From positions 19,654,001-19,718,000 of the forward strand of contig CM059448.1 of assembly GCA_030390025.1 (NCBI GenBank): a stretch of DNA of 64,000 nt, in the 5' to 3' direction. The notes under the pieces are model-generated. The model saw only the letters and a program-made list of their open reading frames with translations, was not told the origin of the DNA and made no database searches. The position numbers and the translations under genes were made by a program. Source of the DNA: Squalus acanthias (taxonomy: Eukaryota). Positions 1 through 13,545 of this stretch are shown here, in pieces. Positions within the stretch are counted from its first letter, which is position 1, and the number at the start of each line of letters is the position of its first letter.

Positions 1-114
1 CACACCTGATGCTACCTCCTCAGGCTCTTTTATTGAATCCCCCGTGGCGTGAGTAGCCTCGCTGGTGTTGGTAAACGTTTGTGAGAGGAGAGAAAGATGC
101 TGCGAGACTTTCAG
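1..114 (-). other. Possible host coding exon running off the window start
   Basis: Minus-strand acceptor ttttcgatAG followed by 38 stop-free codons (LKVSQHLSLLSQTFTNTSEATHATGDSIKEPEEVASGV); not repeat-like, but not recognised as a known protein. Confidence 0.2.
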
Positions 115-129
115 CTATCGAAAACAAAC

Positions 130-600
130 TCGAACTCAAAACAAACTCGACAACAGCTTGCATTCCTGCAGTACTCCTCATGCATAGAAAGACATCTCAA
201 AATGTTTTACGTTGACAAGGGTTTGGGGTGGTTGGAGGCAGTGGACGTCATAAAGGAGGGAAAAGGATAAATGGAGAGCGTTAGAGTAGGGCAGACAAAG
301 GCTCAGTTGAAGTGAAAAGTTCTGGGGGGGGCGGTTTTGAAAATACGGAAGAATGTGTTAAGATGGAAGGAATTAGAAAGGGTGAACCAAAAGATAGGAG
401 CATATTTGCTGAATGAGTGACCACCAATGGTGGTGCAGGAGAGAAGATAAGGAGTAGCCCAGTGTTGTCGGAGTGGAGGATGCATGTGGAAATGTAAAGC
501 TGGAGGAGGTCACTCCGGTGGGGTTGGGAAATCCCAAGGAGGGATTCAAAGGAAAGATGAGAATTTTGAACTTAGCTTGACTGATTTGAATAATGCTAAT
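130..600 (-). mobile_element. Degenerate L2-like LINE 3' fragment
   Basis: Weak reverse-complement similarity to the L2-like 3' end at 43040-43480. Confidence 0.35.
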
Positions 601-606
601 GTAATA

Positions 607-874
607 CAGGAATCCCGCCCCAACCGCAGTTTGCCATACGCGGATTTCAAGTATACACGGTTTCCTCTCTGCGACAACTTTTGCCAACCGCGGCAGTGAA
701 TTTTGCGTATACGCGGTTTTTAATTTAGGATTAAGGTAAATAACATGGTTTTATTGCTTTTATATTCTTTTTTATTGTGTTAGTTGAACATTTATACTGT
801 ATTTGCCAACTGCGGTTTTACTAACCACGGGGGTTTTCAGGGACGCCTCCCCCACGGTTGGGGCGGGATTACTG
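607..874. mobile_element. Tc1/mariner (Tigger/pogo-like) MITE
   Basis: TIRs caggaatcccgccccaaccg ... cggttggggcgggattactg, TA on both sides. Confidence 0.8.
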
Positions 875-1082
875 TACTGCTATTGTTTTTTTCTTTGAAT
901 TGTAATAATGTAAGCTTTTAGTCTGTGTTTATTAATTAGATTCAATTCTAAAGTAGTGACCATTGAACTTTTGAACTGAGACTGGCCCTATAGCACCAGT
1001 AAGTTTTAGTACAAAGTAACCACCTGCTTAATGAGGAAAGTTAATTAAAGTAATGCCAATACATACTGGTTCCTGCGTTTTA

Positions 1083-2943
1083 GGAAAAAACACTGGCGGG
1101 CAAAATAAAGGAAAATCCCAAGGTGTTTTATAAGTATATTAAGGGCAAGAGGATAACCAGGGAAAGAGTAGGGCCCATTAGGGACCAAAGTGGCAATCTG
1201 TGTGTAGAGCCGGAAGATGTAGGTGAGGTTTCAAATGAATATTTTGCATCTGTGTTCACTATGGAGAAGGACGATGTAGGCATAGAAATCAGGCAGGGGG
1301 ATTGTGATATACTTGAACAAATTAGTATTGAGAGGGAGGAGGTACTAGCGGTTTTAGCAGGCTTAAAAGTGGATAAATCCCCAGGCCCAGACGAGATGTA
1401 TCCCAGGCTGCTGTGTAAGGCAAGTGAGGAGATTGCAGGGGCTCTGACACAAATTTTCAGAACCTCTCTGGCCACAGGGGAGGTGCCAGAGGACTGGAGG
1501 ACAGCCAACATAGTACCATTATTCAAGAAGGGTAGTAGGGATAAACCAGGGAATTACAGGCCAGTGAGCCTAACATCAGTGGTAGGGAAATTATTGGAAA
1601 AAATTCTGAGGGACAGAATTAGTCTCCACTTGGAGAGGCAAGGATTAATCAAGAATAGTCAGCATGGCTTTGTTGGGGGAGATCATGTCTAACCAATTTG
1701 ATTGAATTTTTCGAGGGGGTGACTAGGTGTGCGGATGAGGGTAGTGCAGTTGATGTAGTCTACGTGGACTTCAGTAACGCTTCTGACAAAGTCCCGCATG
1801 GGAGACTGGTCAAGAAGGTAAGAGCCCATGGGATCCAGGGCAATTTGGCACATTGGATCCAAAATTGGCTTAGTGGCAGGAGGCAGAGGGTGATGGTCGA
1901 AGGTTGTTTTTGTGACTGGAAGCCTGTGTCCAGTGGTGTACCGCAGAGATCGGTGCTGGGTCCTTTGCTGTTTGTAGTGTACATTAATGATTTAGCTATG
2001 AATGTTGGAGGTATGATCAGTACATTCGCAGATGACACGAAAATTGGTGGAGTGGTAAATAGCGAGGAGGGAAGCCTCAGGCTACAGGACGATATAGACG
2101 GGTTGGTCAGATGGGCAGAACAGTGGCAAATGGAATTTAACCCTGAAAAGTGTGAGGTGATGCATTTTGGGTGGACTAACAAGGCAAGGGAATACACAAT
2201 GAATGGTAGGACCCTAGGAAGGACAGAGGATCAGAGGGACCTTGATGTGCATGTACATAGATCCCTGAAGGCAGCAGGACAGGTAGATAAGGTGGTTAAG
2301 AAGGCATATGGGATACTTGCCTTCATTAACCGATGCATAGAATATAAGAGCAGGGAGGTTATGATGGAGCTGTACAAAACGCTAGCTAGGCCACAGCTGG
2401 AATACTGTGTGCAGTTCTGGTCGCCACACTATAGGAAGGATGTGATTGCATTGGAGAGGGTGCAGAGGAGATTCACCAGGATGTTACCTGGGCTGGAGCG
2501 CTTCAGCTATGAAGAGAGACTGGACAGGCTGGGGTTGTTTTCCTTAGAGCAGAGAAGGCTGAGGGGGGACCTGATTGAGGTGTACAAAATTATGAGGGGC
2601 ATAGATAGGGTAGATAGAAAGGAACTTTTCCCCTTAGTAGAGGGGTCAATAACCAGGGGGCATAGTTTCAAGGTAAGGGGCAGGAGGTTTAGAGGGGATT
2701 TGAGGAAAAAAATTTCACCCAGAGGGTGGTTGGAATCTGGAACTCACTGCCTGAAAGGGTGGTAGAGGCAGGAACCCTCACAACATTCAAGAAGCATTTA
2801 GATGAGCACTTGAAACGCCATAGCATACAAGGCTACGGACCAAGTGCTGGAAAATGGGATTAGAATAGACAGGGCTTGATGGCCGGCGTGGACACGATGG
2901 GCCGAAGGGCCTCTTTCTATGCTGTAAAACTCTATGACTCTAT
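1083..2943 (+). mobile_element. 5'-truncated CR1 LINE (ORF2 reverse transcriptase, frameshifted)
   Basis: ORFs 1123-1692 (KSPGPDEMYPR, NYRPVSLTS) and 1698-2765 (GVPQRSVLGP, FADDTK); tail of ctctatga repeats. Confidence 0.95.
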
Positions 2944-3695
2944 GGGCTGGATTTTGTCTTGGGGTCGGGTTGGGGTCGTGTAATCTGCATTTCGTGTTTC
3001 CCCCCCGACTCCAGATTAATGTGGGTGCCTGATGCAATTTTCACTTAATTGGGCAATTGAGTTGCAGCATGTGGGAACCCATGACCTAATTAGTGGTTTC
3101 AGTCTGAAACCCGCCTCTGATGATGTCATCATTGCTGACTGCCTGCTCTCAGAGATTGTCTGGCTATTGGTGAGAGAGGACCTGTCTGCATTGCTTCTGA
3201 TGTGAGTGGACCTGAATGCAAATGAGAGAGAGAGAGAGAGAGAGAATCCAAGTCCTCTCACAGCAAAGGCCATGCAGTCTCTGAAGACATTCAATGCAGC
3301 AGCATCAGAGGTGACTTTCACACCTAATAGTACTACTACCTTCATCACATCTCCGTTGTAATAGTGGACTTGCACCCGATAGTCAGCTATCCATAGTGAT
3401 CCCGCCAGGTTTCACTGGAGTGTTTCACACCAGGCGTGCTTCACGTCAGAAAAGGGTTAAACTAGCTGCAACATTTCAAAATGGCATTACAGACCCAATT
3501 TAGGGCTTGTTAAGTGCTTTAATGGCCTCTCCCGCCTCTTGGAGGCGGGACGGAGTCGGGAACCCCGCGACTGATTTTGTCAAAATTGCGTGGAGGCGGG
3601 ATGGAGTCGGAATGGGGTCGGAAACCCCGACCCCGCAAATTTAACCCCCCACACGCCTCCAAACCCGACTCCATGGGTCATTCAAAATCCAGCCT
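2944..3695 (+). mobile_element. Harbinger MITE family A, copy 1
   Basis: TIR gggctggattttg ... caaaatccagcc; colinear with 13546-14305; same TIR as the element at 26659. Confidence 0.85.
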
Positions 3696-5029
3696 GACTC
3701 TAAGCTGTAATCAATGATATGGGTGCAAGGACAAAAGTTAATCTTACAAATGGAAAACATCTGGGTTAATATCTTTTTAATTAAGGTTTCTGTAGAATGG
3801 TACAGAATCAAAGACAAACTCATAATTAAAGCTTCTCGGTGGAATAGCAATATATAGGTAACAACAGAGAAATTTGTAAGATAATTAAATAGAGAGTTAT
3901 AATGATCTCATTAACCCAATGGAAAAATAACTAGTTGGTAAAGAAATCTGCTTGTTATGGTATAGGTCTAATTTGATTCCTCTTATATGGAGTTGTATTT
4001 TAACTTTTGGAACAACATTATTGTACAACTTCAACCATGCCAATCAATAGAAGTATTGTAAAATTACCGATTAGTCACTACTCCGCAGTTTAAGGTATCT
4101 GAGTATATAAAATAGTATCCTGTAAAGTCAAAGTGCAACATGTCACAAGATACATGTTAAGTAAGACCAACACTCGTGTGCATCAAAGTCAGAGAACAAG
4201 TCAAATCCAGCCCAGACTCATGTGATAATGTGTCATCTCCCTCTGTCAACTCATGAAATGAGTTGGCCACTCTCAACCTACACCACAGAAACAGCCCCTA
4301 ACTTGGCAATTGCACAGAGAGAAGATCCAATAACACTAACAGAAGTTTTGAGCTATGCGTAACCTGATTGTGCTTGATGCTGACACTAAGTAGAAAAAGT
4401 AAGAACATTCTTCAATTCTGCATCGTTGCAGTCTCTCTTCTTGATGGGCTCAAAAATTTCAAACAGCATTATCAATAAAAAAATATATCTAAGATCCAAG
4501 AGAAGCTGTCGCTGCGACACCTAACAACAGTTGTCTAGGACAACCACAAGATTCTGTGAAGTGCCATTTACAGAATGTGAAGTGTAATGCCACCTCTAAG
4601 TATATTGTTTACATTGTGAAAAATGCTAACATAACATGAAGAGCACAGCAATGAGAAGGTGCAGAGTTAATACAGAGCTAGCAGTTCTAGTTTGGAGAGG
4701 TTAAAGAAGTGTGACCGGATTTCACCAAAATGTCCCCCCCAGTTTTCCACAAAATTAGAACTGGAAAATTGGGAGGAAAGCGCAAGTAATTTGGTCTACT
4801 GTTGTGCCTTGTATCCCTCAAAGTTTAAATAACTAGCCTGTAGGATGGTTGGATCGCTTTCTTAATGGTGACAGGAACCCTTTCTGGAACAGTTTATTTT
4901 TTAAATTGGGCCACAGTAACACAGCAAGCACATAAAGAGACATATATTGACTCTTGTAAACACTGGATTTAGAACCCTCTACTTCACCTGTGAATTATTT
5001 TCTGACGGGTTATGTAGCAGCAGGCATCT

Positions 5030-5272
5030 GCATTTGTTGTATCAGTTGAGAGAGAAACGTTGGCCAAGGCACTTAGATAACTCGTTGCTCTTCTTTAAAT
5101 AGTGCTGTGGGATTTTTAAAAATCTATTTGAACCACCACAACAGGCAAGCATGACCTCAGCTTGACATCCTATAACAAAGCAGCACTCCCCTCAGTATTG
5201 CACTAGATCACGCACACGAGTCCTGGGACTCAAACCCACAAGTAACAGTGCTACCAAGTGAGTCAGGCTGAC
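5030..5272 (-). mobile_element. Degenerate Deu-domain tRNA SINE
   Basis: Decayed match to 63371-63820 (ggccaagg, cagcactccctcagtattgcact, aacccac, gtgctacca). Confidence 0.6.
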
Positions 5273-7654
5273 ATGATGGTAAATTTGTTACGGGTCTGCT
5301 CCCAGCGCAAAGCGCTGTTGGTGGGGAGTGTGGATGAGATCATTGGACATAGAGGTCAAGGCATTCAATTTGTGGTTCTCCCAGTTTTTCAGTGATTAAG
5401 TTTAATGCTCAAGGCTCACTGTTTGTGATAGATGCAGAACATGGCTAATCATCCTTGCTACTAACTGCAGTCGATTTCTTCAAGTCTGTTCATTTTCTTT
5501 CTCGCATCTCTTCATGTCCTGAGGTTCTGGAAATTTCACTCCCCTTTTTGGCAATTTCTTTCCGAAGCTGCCAAACCAGGAACTTCTGGGAGTGAGTATG
5601 CCCCTCACTGCCACACAAATATTCCCTCTGGTCTCTCATTCCAGTGCCTCCAGAGCCTAGTTACCAAGCACATCATGTGAGCTCTGAAATTGCTGGCCAC
5701 AAGTGATATTTTCCCAAGCATTTTAAAATGTGTTTAAAGCCCTTGAAATGCTGGTTAAACACAGACTTCATGCACAATGCATTTGTTCCTTTGCTTCATT
5801 GCTCAGTTTACTAGTTAGATTCCAAAAGACTGTTAGTAGAAATTACTGGAAGTGATATTAGTCAGCAAACCATTAGCATGTGGATATGACATTCCTCTGT
5901 CCACTAGTGGAGGCATTAACTTACTTACAAATATGGGTTACTGACTGCATTAAATACGAACAAAGAAATGTCAGACATCATGTTAAATTCTCATCCACTA
6001 ATATCATTGACCGTAATCTCACTTTAGGTTCTTTCTTTTTTCTAAGAGATTCTGATTAAGAAGTTCTAGTTTCAATATGGATCTATCCCTATCCAATTTG
6101 TCTGATTCCTGCACTATGGACCTCCGACCTTTGTCCAGGTTTCTCAGTAAAAACGAAGGTGAAAATGGGAACTTGCATTCTATTCGAAGTCTCAGGTTGC
6201 AAACTGACTTCTCTTACCAATTCTTGGCACTACACGTCGATATACCAACATGCTGACCCAACAGATGCCAATAGTCAGATATATTGTAGACACAGTCCGT
6301 AGAGAATTAACCAAAGCGGCATAGTTTAAGAATGATTATTTTATTAACTAAAGAATGTCTTAAGTTAAAAAAAAACTGCTGAAAGAATTTTATTGTGACT
6401 TTGAATCATTTCATGTTTAAAACGACAGACACAGCAATCAATGAAGTACAAAAGCTCCCAAGAGAGCAAGTAAAACTGTGTATTAATAGGGGGAAAACAT
6501 TATGTCTCACTAATGATCTATTAATGAACAATCTGTCAAGTGAAACTGAGTGTTATTTAATATACTTAAATGTACTGTTTAAATAAAGGGAATCAGTATG
6601 TCCTCTTCAGAATAATTTAATAACGTTATGTTTCTTTTTCATCTTCCTCATTTTATATGAATAGTCAAGTCTGCATTGATTCTCCACAATACTTAAAAGG
6701 CTGAATATTTTACAAGTGGAGAAGGACAAATACTTTTTTAATTGCATCTCTTCAAGCCATCCAACACTTTTTGTGAAAAGCTGATGGTTTAAATTCCCGC
6801 TAACAAGGTCCCAGTGCTGTGACCAGAGCAAAGAACACTGAAGTACTCTAAATTTGTCTTAACGACAAAAATACCCCAGGATGTAGCTGGCATTTTACAA
6901 TTTATTCAAATGACATGGCCACCCAGATGTTGCTATGCCAAATATGCTGGAATCAATGCAGAAAGAAAATTAGACATTGCACTGGGCCAAATGTAATGCT
7001 CCAAAACATCTATAAACAAACTTATTTTATGGTGGGCAAAAGGCAGGGTCAGATATAATTTATTATCTAATTCTTTCTACAAACTTCCAGCTTTGTTTTT
7101 GCATTAACAATAGATCTCTCTGACAGTTACAGTAGGTCAACTGGGTAAACACACAATCCTATTGTTGTAAATGATGAGCTAGAATACATAAAACATCTAG
7201 TTCTGGGATATGAGTGAGTGTGAATGACATGGCGATGAATCAGTGTTGTTACACAAATGATTTTCAGTGCTGTAAGAAGTTGAAATATCTTCTCAATCCA
7301 TTAGTATTATGATTTGATAAAGCGACTATGAATGAGACGTCTCCATAGCTCCTTAAGTTCAGGGTTGACATTTTAGAAAACACAGACCATTTTGATGCAG
7401 GAATGCTTTATTTGTCAGAGACTATTTTAAATTCATTATTAATATCAAGGCAAGATATTTTTTATTTCTCCTCAAAATTGTCTTCCTTCTGCTCCTGAAA
7501 GCATCGACTCCATTACGGGTGATTGTCGCCCTCTAGCAACCTGATCATAATTCACGTGTAAACCTTGACAGTGTTGGCAGACTACCTGACTGTGGAGAAA
7601 ATCCCAGCCCTGCCCAATTCTGTCCTCATCTAGAATCGACACATATACACTTCG

Positions 7655-8076
7655 GTGTCAGCTGTGGCTCAGTGGTAGCACTCTCGCCTCTGAGTCAGGA
7701 AGTTGTGGGTTCACGTTCCACTCCACGGGACTTGAGCACACACTCTAGGCTGACACTCCATGCAGTACTGAGGAAGTGCCGCACTGTTGGAAGTGCCATC
7801 TTTCAGATGAGATGTTAAACATGGGCGTAAAAGATCCACTATTTCGATAGAAGAGCAGTGCAGTTCTCCCAGTATCCTAGCCAATATGTATCCCTCAACC
7901 GACAACTAAAAACAGATTATCTGATCATTATCACAGTGCTGTTTGTGGGACCTTGCGGTGCACAAATTGTCTGCTGCGTTTCCTACACTGCAACAGTGAC
8001 TACACTTTAAATAAGTGCTTTGGGACATCCTGAGGTTGTGAAAGGTACTGTATAAATGCAAGTCTTTCTTTCTTTT
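7655..8076 (+). mobile_element. tRNA-derived DeuSINE (SacSINE1-like)
   Basis: A-box tggctcagtgg, B-box-like ggttcacgttcc, Deu-like gctgtttgtgggaccttgcggtgcacaaattg, tail tataaatgcaagtctttcttt. Confidence 0.85.
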
Positions 8077-8315
8077 CAGCAAGGGCTGCTAAACAACTAT
8101 CAGTAGAGGGAATCCAGTGGCACTGCAGTCAACTGTAATACTTTGACTAGTGCCACGGCTGAGGTCAGCTAACTCAGTAGAGAAATGGAAACAAATCTGG
8201 AATCTTTCTTATCTGTATGACTTTAACTTTGCCCTGAAGCAAGAGATCATTCAAAGTTTCATGTATTACTCAGTCCTGTAGTGTATTTTATGAACCCAGC
8301 AGTTAAAGAAACTGA

Positions 8316-8880
8316 GGCCCGTAATTTCCGATAGGAGGTTTCCTGTGTGTGGATGCCTCCTATTGGAAAAAAATCTACAAACTTACCTGAGGGCTCCCGA
8401 GATCCGGACACTTCCGCTCCTGGGCCTCTCCACTGTCGAAATGCACAGGGCCCACATATCCCAGGGGTGCATGTGGTTCACAAGCGTCCCTGGGATCACG
8501 TGGGCCAGGCCAGCCAATAGCAGAAGAGAATCTCCCTTCATACTTTTGACAGATAGACCTGTCAAATATATGAATGGAGATCACCCCAAAAACACACTAA
8601 AACATTAAATAATTTTTTTTGAAATCACGTTTTTAAAATGAGTTAAAATTACAATAGATTAAATATTTTAAACAAAAATTTAATTTTTGAAAAAAATAAT
8701 TTATGTTTTTTACAGGGCTAAAAATAAACTTGCCTTTTTTTTAAAGTATTTTTAAATTATAAATGAGTGAAAAATATTTTTTTTAACTTTTTTTCAACTC
8801 TTATGTTGGTAAAAGCAGGCCTTGCGCCTGCTTTTACCAGGCGTAAGATTTCTAAGGGTTTTCAGCGGGCGGAGGTTCTC
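8316..8880 (+). mobile_element. Harbinger-type MITE family B, truncated and divergent copy
   Basis: ggcccgtaattt start, gggatcacgtgggcc motif, tttgacag..ctgtcaaa hairpin and AT-rich core shared with 23310-24073. Confidence 0.7.
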
Positions 8881-8926
8881 CAGAAAGTGTTGTTGATGCC
8901 AAGGAAATTCTTGAAAGAGAACTGTC

Positions 8927-9022
8927 AGTTTCTCTCCACAGATGCTGTCTGACTCGCTGAGTATTTCCAGCATTTTCTGTTTTTATTTCAGATTGCCAGC
9001 ATCCGCAGTATTTTGCTTTTGC
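8927..9022 (+). mobile_element. Penelope-like element 3' terminal fragment
   Basis: Matches the end of 36387-36945 (ctccacagatgctg...cagcatccgcagtattttgcttttg). Confidence 0.75.
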
Positions 9023-9149
9023 TTTAGAGTGTAATTCATTGCTACTTCTCAGTCCCGTTCACCCATCACCCCTGTGCTCGCTGACCTACACTGGCTCCCG
9101 CTCATTCTCATCCTTGTTTTCAAATCTTTCCATGGCCTCGTCCCTGCCT

Positions 9150-10204
9150 ATCATGTCCAATTGCCTTTTAGAAGTTCCTGTGGAATCTGATTCCACCACC
9201 CTTTCGGGTAGTGTGTTCCAGGTCTTACCAACCCTCTGTGTGAAGAAATTTCTCCTCATTTCCTCTCTTGTTCTTTTGCCAAATATTTTAAATCTATGAC
9301 CTCTGGTTACCGACCCACTTGCCAGAGGAAATTGTTTCTCCCTACTTGCTCTATCAAAACCCTTCATAATTCTAAATACCTCTATTAGGTCTCCCCTTAA
9401 CCTTCTCTGCTCTAAGGCGAGCAATCCCAGCTTCTCCAATCTCTCCACATAACTGAACTCCCTCATCCCTGGTATCATCCTGGTAAACCTCCTCCGTACC
9501 CTCTCCAGGGCCTTGACATTCTTCCTAAAGTGTGCTGCCCAGAATTGTACACAATACTCCAGCTGAGGCCTAACCGAAGATTTGTAAAGGATTAGCATGA
9601 CTTCCTTGTTTTTGTATTCAATGCCCCTATTTATAAACTCAAGTATCCCATACACTCTCTCAACCACCATATCAACTTGCCCTGCACCTTCAAAGATTTG
9701 AGAATATGCCCCCCCAGGTCCCTCTGTTCTTGCAGCCCCCTCAAAATAGCACCATTTAGATTATACTGCCTCTCCATGTTGTTTCTCCCAAAGTGCATCA
9801 CTTCACACTTAACCACATTAAATTGCATCTGCCATGTGTCTGCCCATTTCACCAATCTGTCTATGTCCTCCTGATGTCTGCTGCTACCATGTTCACTGTT
9901 AACTGCATTGTCAAGTTTTGTATTGTTTGCAAACTTTGAAATTGTACTCCCTATACCCAAGTCCAGGTCATGTATATAAAACAAGAAAAGCAATGGTCCT
10001 AATAATGACCCCTGGGGGACCCCACTGCATACTTCTCTCCGGTCAGAAAAACATCTGTTCATCACTACTCTCCGCCTTCTATCCCTTAGTCAATTTCGTA
10101 CCCAAGTTACCACCGTCTCTTTAATACCACGTGCTTCTATTTTCCGAAAAAGTCTGTTATGAGATATTTTATCAAGTCCCTTTTGAAAGTCCATATATAA
10201 AACT
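9150..10204 (-). mobile_element. CR1 LINE RT fragment flanked by L2 fragments (9040-9150, 10205-10400)
   Basis: ORFs 9086-9670 and 9631-10065 (GVPQGSLLGP, KCEVMHFG, RPQLEYCVQFW). Confidence 0.9.
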
Positions 10205-10499
10205 CTCAACCCCTCCACTGTCTCTGATTTGTCACACTGCTTGTCTGACATCCAGTACTGGATGAGCAGAAATGTTCTCCAACTAAATATTGGGAAGACC
10301 AAAGCCGTTGTCTTTGGTGCCCGCCACAAACTCTGCTCCCAAGCCACCGACTCAATTCTCTCCGTGGCAGTGTCTGTCTGATCAAACTGAAACTCTGCAT
10401 GCAGCCACCTCACTAAGCGTAGCCACTGAGGAAGTAGCAGTAAATTTGACAAAAAGGGAAATGCAATGATACACAGCAGTAGAGATACACAAACAAATC

Positions 10500-11353
10500 A
10501 TTTGTAGGGAATAAATATTTGGTAGCACTTAAGTAGTTATGTGTTCAGAGAGTGTTCCTGGCATTGTCTTGGATAATGGTCCTGAACTTGATGGAATCCA
10601 ATCAGTGCAGTCTTGTTGCTGATTGTCTAATGGGGCAGGGATCATTTGGCTGGCTTTTACAAACCATGTATCAGGTGTATTCATGTACGGCCGGCAGACT
10701 AGCAGATGGGGTGATGTTCCCTGTGGGTGCCTGGCAGGATCCTAATACGTGGCTGCAAGCATATCGCACAACTCTGTCCTAAACTCTCTGCTGAAACACA
10801 GCACTGTTCTGTAGGCATATTGAGGTACAATAGTCTCACTCGATATATGCAGCTTGAGGGAGTTAATGGTGCTGCAACTTGACCTGCTGGCCATCCGTCC
10901 GTTGCTCATCCTCTTCTTCCTCCAAGAAACATAAATACACTGGGATTCCCATGGGGAAACCCATGCTCACACTTCCAAAGTCAGAGCATAAAAAGAGGTG
11001 CAAATTAAACAGTAGACCCTTGCAAAGTTTCTGAACAGCAAACGAATGAAAAGCCACTGGCACAAAACCCTTTCCAAATCAGGTTGTTCTGACCTGCCAC
11101 ACTGGGGACTGCAGCTTTAAGAGAAGTCGGCATTACCGTTAAGCTTTTCAAAATGTTGGACGGCTGTTTATTTACAGGCATCACTTACACCCAGCATACT
11201 TCTCGTGAAAAATGCTGAAGTACATTGGCATCAGTTTTCCTAAGGCAGTGCGAAATGGGCACGGAATCGGTGTTACCAATCCTCACCCATATTTCCATTC
11301 CCAGGCTGACTTTATACCGCCCCTGCTATCATAGAGCAGTGGAAGATTGACCC
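10500..11353 (-). pseudogene. Decayed Harbinger 5' end with transposase N-terminal remnant
   Basis: Minus strand encodes IYRVRLLYLNMPTEQC..FSREFRTELCDML, similar to [30 protein letters not shown] at 27390-27500; TIR-like gggtcaatcttcc at 11353. Confidence 0.6.
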
Positions 11354-11488
11354 GAATGATTAACTAAATGCAATCATGGTTTTCTGGATTCGAATTTAAG
11401 TGCGTTTTTAATCTCCCCAGTTGGCAAGAATGGAGCGGCAGTGTAGTTGAAAGGGAATGGCTCCATTTCTCATTCCGTTTTCACCGAC

Positions 11489-12502
11489 CTGCTGGTCTTG
11501 GCGATGGATGAGACTTCTGCTGGTCTGGGCGATGGATGAGGCTTCTGCTGGTCTTGGCGATGGATGAGCTCCTGCTGGTCTTGTCGATGGATGAGGCTTC
11601 TGCTGGTCTGGGCGATGGATGAGGCTTCTGCTGGTCTTGGCGATGGATGAGGTTTCTGCTGGTCTTGGCGATGGATGAGGCTTCTGCTGGTCTTGGCGGT
11701 GGATGAGCCCCTGCTGGTCTTGGCGATGGATGAGGTTTCTGCTGGTCTTGGTGATGGATGAGGCTTCTGCTGGTCTTGGCGATGGATGAGGTTTCTGCTG
11801 GTCTTGGCGATGGATGAGGCTTCTGCTGGTCTTGGCGGTGGATGAGGCTTCTGCTGGTCTTAGCGATGGATGAGGCTTCTGCTGGTCTTGGCGGTGGATG
11901 AGCTCCTTCTGGTCATGGCGATGGATGAGGCTTCTGCTGGTCTTGGCGATGGATGAGGCTTCTGCTGGTCTTGGTGATGGATGAGGCGTCTGCTGGTCTT
12001 GGCAGTAGATGAGCTCCTGCTGGTCTTGGCGATGGATGAGCTCCTGCTGGTCTTGGTGATGGATGAGGCTTCTGCTGGTCTTGGCGGTGGATGAGCTCCT
12101 GCTGGTCTTGGTGATGGATGAGGCTTCTGCTGGTCTTGGCGATGGATGAGGCTTCTGCTGGTCTTGGCGATGGATGAGGCTTCTGCTGGTCTTGGTGATG
12201 GATGAGGCGTCTGCTGGTCTTGGCAGTAGATGAGCTTCTGCTGGTCTTGGCGATGGTTGAGGCTCCTGCTGGTCTTGGCGATGGATGAAGCTTCTGCTGG
12301 TCTTGGTGATGGATGAGGCTCCTGCTGGTCTTGGCGATGGTTGAGGCTCCTGCTGGTCTTGGCGGTGAATGAGCTCCTGCTGGTCTTGGCAATGGATGAG
12401 GCTTCTGCTGGTCTTGGCGATGGATGAGGCTCCTGCTGGTCTTGGCGATAGATGAGGCTTCTGCTGGTCTTGGCGGTGAATGAGCTCCTGCTGGTCTTTG
12501 GC
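11489..12502. repeat. Minisatellite, 27-28 bp unit, about 36 copies
   Basis: Unit ctgctggtcttggcgatggatgaggctt with variant ending gagctc. Confidence 0.97.
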
Positions 12503-13545
12503 GAAGCCTCAATAATAAATGCGATTTGGACACATGGGACCCTGATGGAATTTTAACCGGCTCCTGAGCGGGGCACCTCTGTGGCCGCTCCACCAAGTAA
12601 ACCTGTTGGGAAGCGAGTGAAAGTCCGCTAGGGTAAGCTATTAGTGGTCCTGCTCCCCTGCCTTCCCTGCAAACACCCTCCTCTTGGACTGACTTTACCG
12701 ATGCCGTTCTTCATATGAAGAGACTAGGCTGCCCGATTTTTTACCTTCCCCACCGCCCAGCAGCCGTTTTCCTCCAGCTGACAGGTGGGATTCAAATGAG
12801 GCCCAGCCGTTAAAATCCGACTCATACTCCCACATGGGATTGCCATCCGGTCCTGCCATCTTTGACTCAGGAGTTGAAGTCGGACCTTAAGTTTTCCTTT
12901 GTTTAAAAGGTTAAGGTTTGAGTTAATAATCGATTTGAAAAATGATTCTTACTAGCAATGTGGCATCAGTAGCATGCCAAGTGATACCCCTCCCTCCCCC
13001 ATACACAAACACACACACTTTGACAGCAGCAAGGCAATTAGAGTGCATGGGTCTCTGTTGTCTTAACACTGCCTTGCTCATGTTGTGTCTCAGACAGACT
13101 GTCTCACGTATATCCAGAAACTTTGTCTTTCTCTCTTCAGTCATTCCCATTCTGATTTCTTTTTCCTGCTCATTAGTTTTTAACCTTCACAGCTAGACCT
13201 TTGCTAAAGCTGCTTCTCTGACCTCCCCCTCTGTTGCTCCCTGTAAACACACATTCCTGAAGCAAGGAATGTACGTACAGGACCAGCAGATGCTGCCTCG
13301 GGTTGCTTAATAAGAAAGTGTCAATCATTCTAACAAGTATGGGTAGGGGCGGCTACCATTTCAGCTGAGCCAGTTGCCTCCGTCAGCTCCCTGGTAATTC
13401 AAATAAAGTTTTGCTCATGCAGAGGCATCAAGAAAAAGTTTATTTTCTGGCTACATTTTTGGACTGTTAGCAAAAATGAAAGTGCATAAAATAGGAGGCA
13501 ACCTACTGACATGAGTAGGGAATTGGTTCAGAGGTAAGAGACAAA

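Noticed and set aside
7655-7730. tRNA gene
   Set aside because: A/B boxes continue into a SINE body and tail present in several copies
10090-10452. 120-aa ORF ending in an RT motif
   Set aside because: Chance fusion of antisense L2 sequence with a CR1 fragment
11489-12502. CRISPR-like array; 227-aa ORF 11913-12596
   Set aside because: Units are head-to-tail with no unique spacers and no cas genes, in a eukaryotic context; the ORF is a by-product of the repeat
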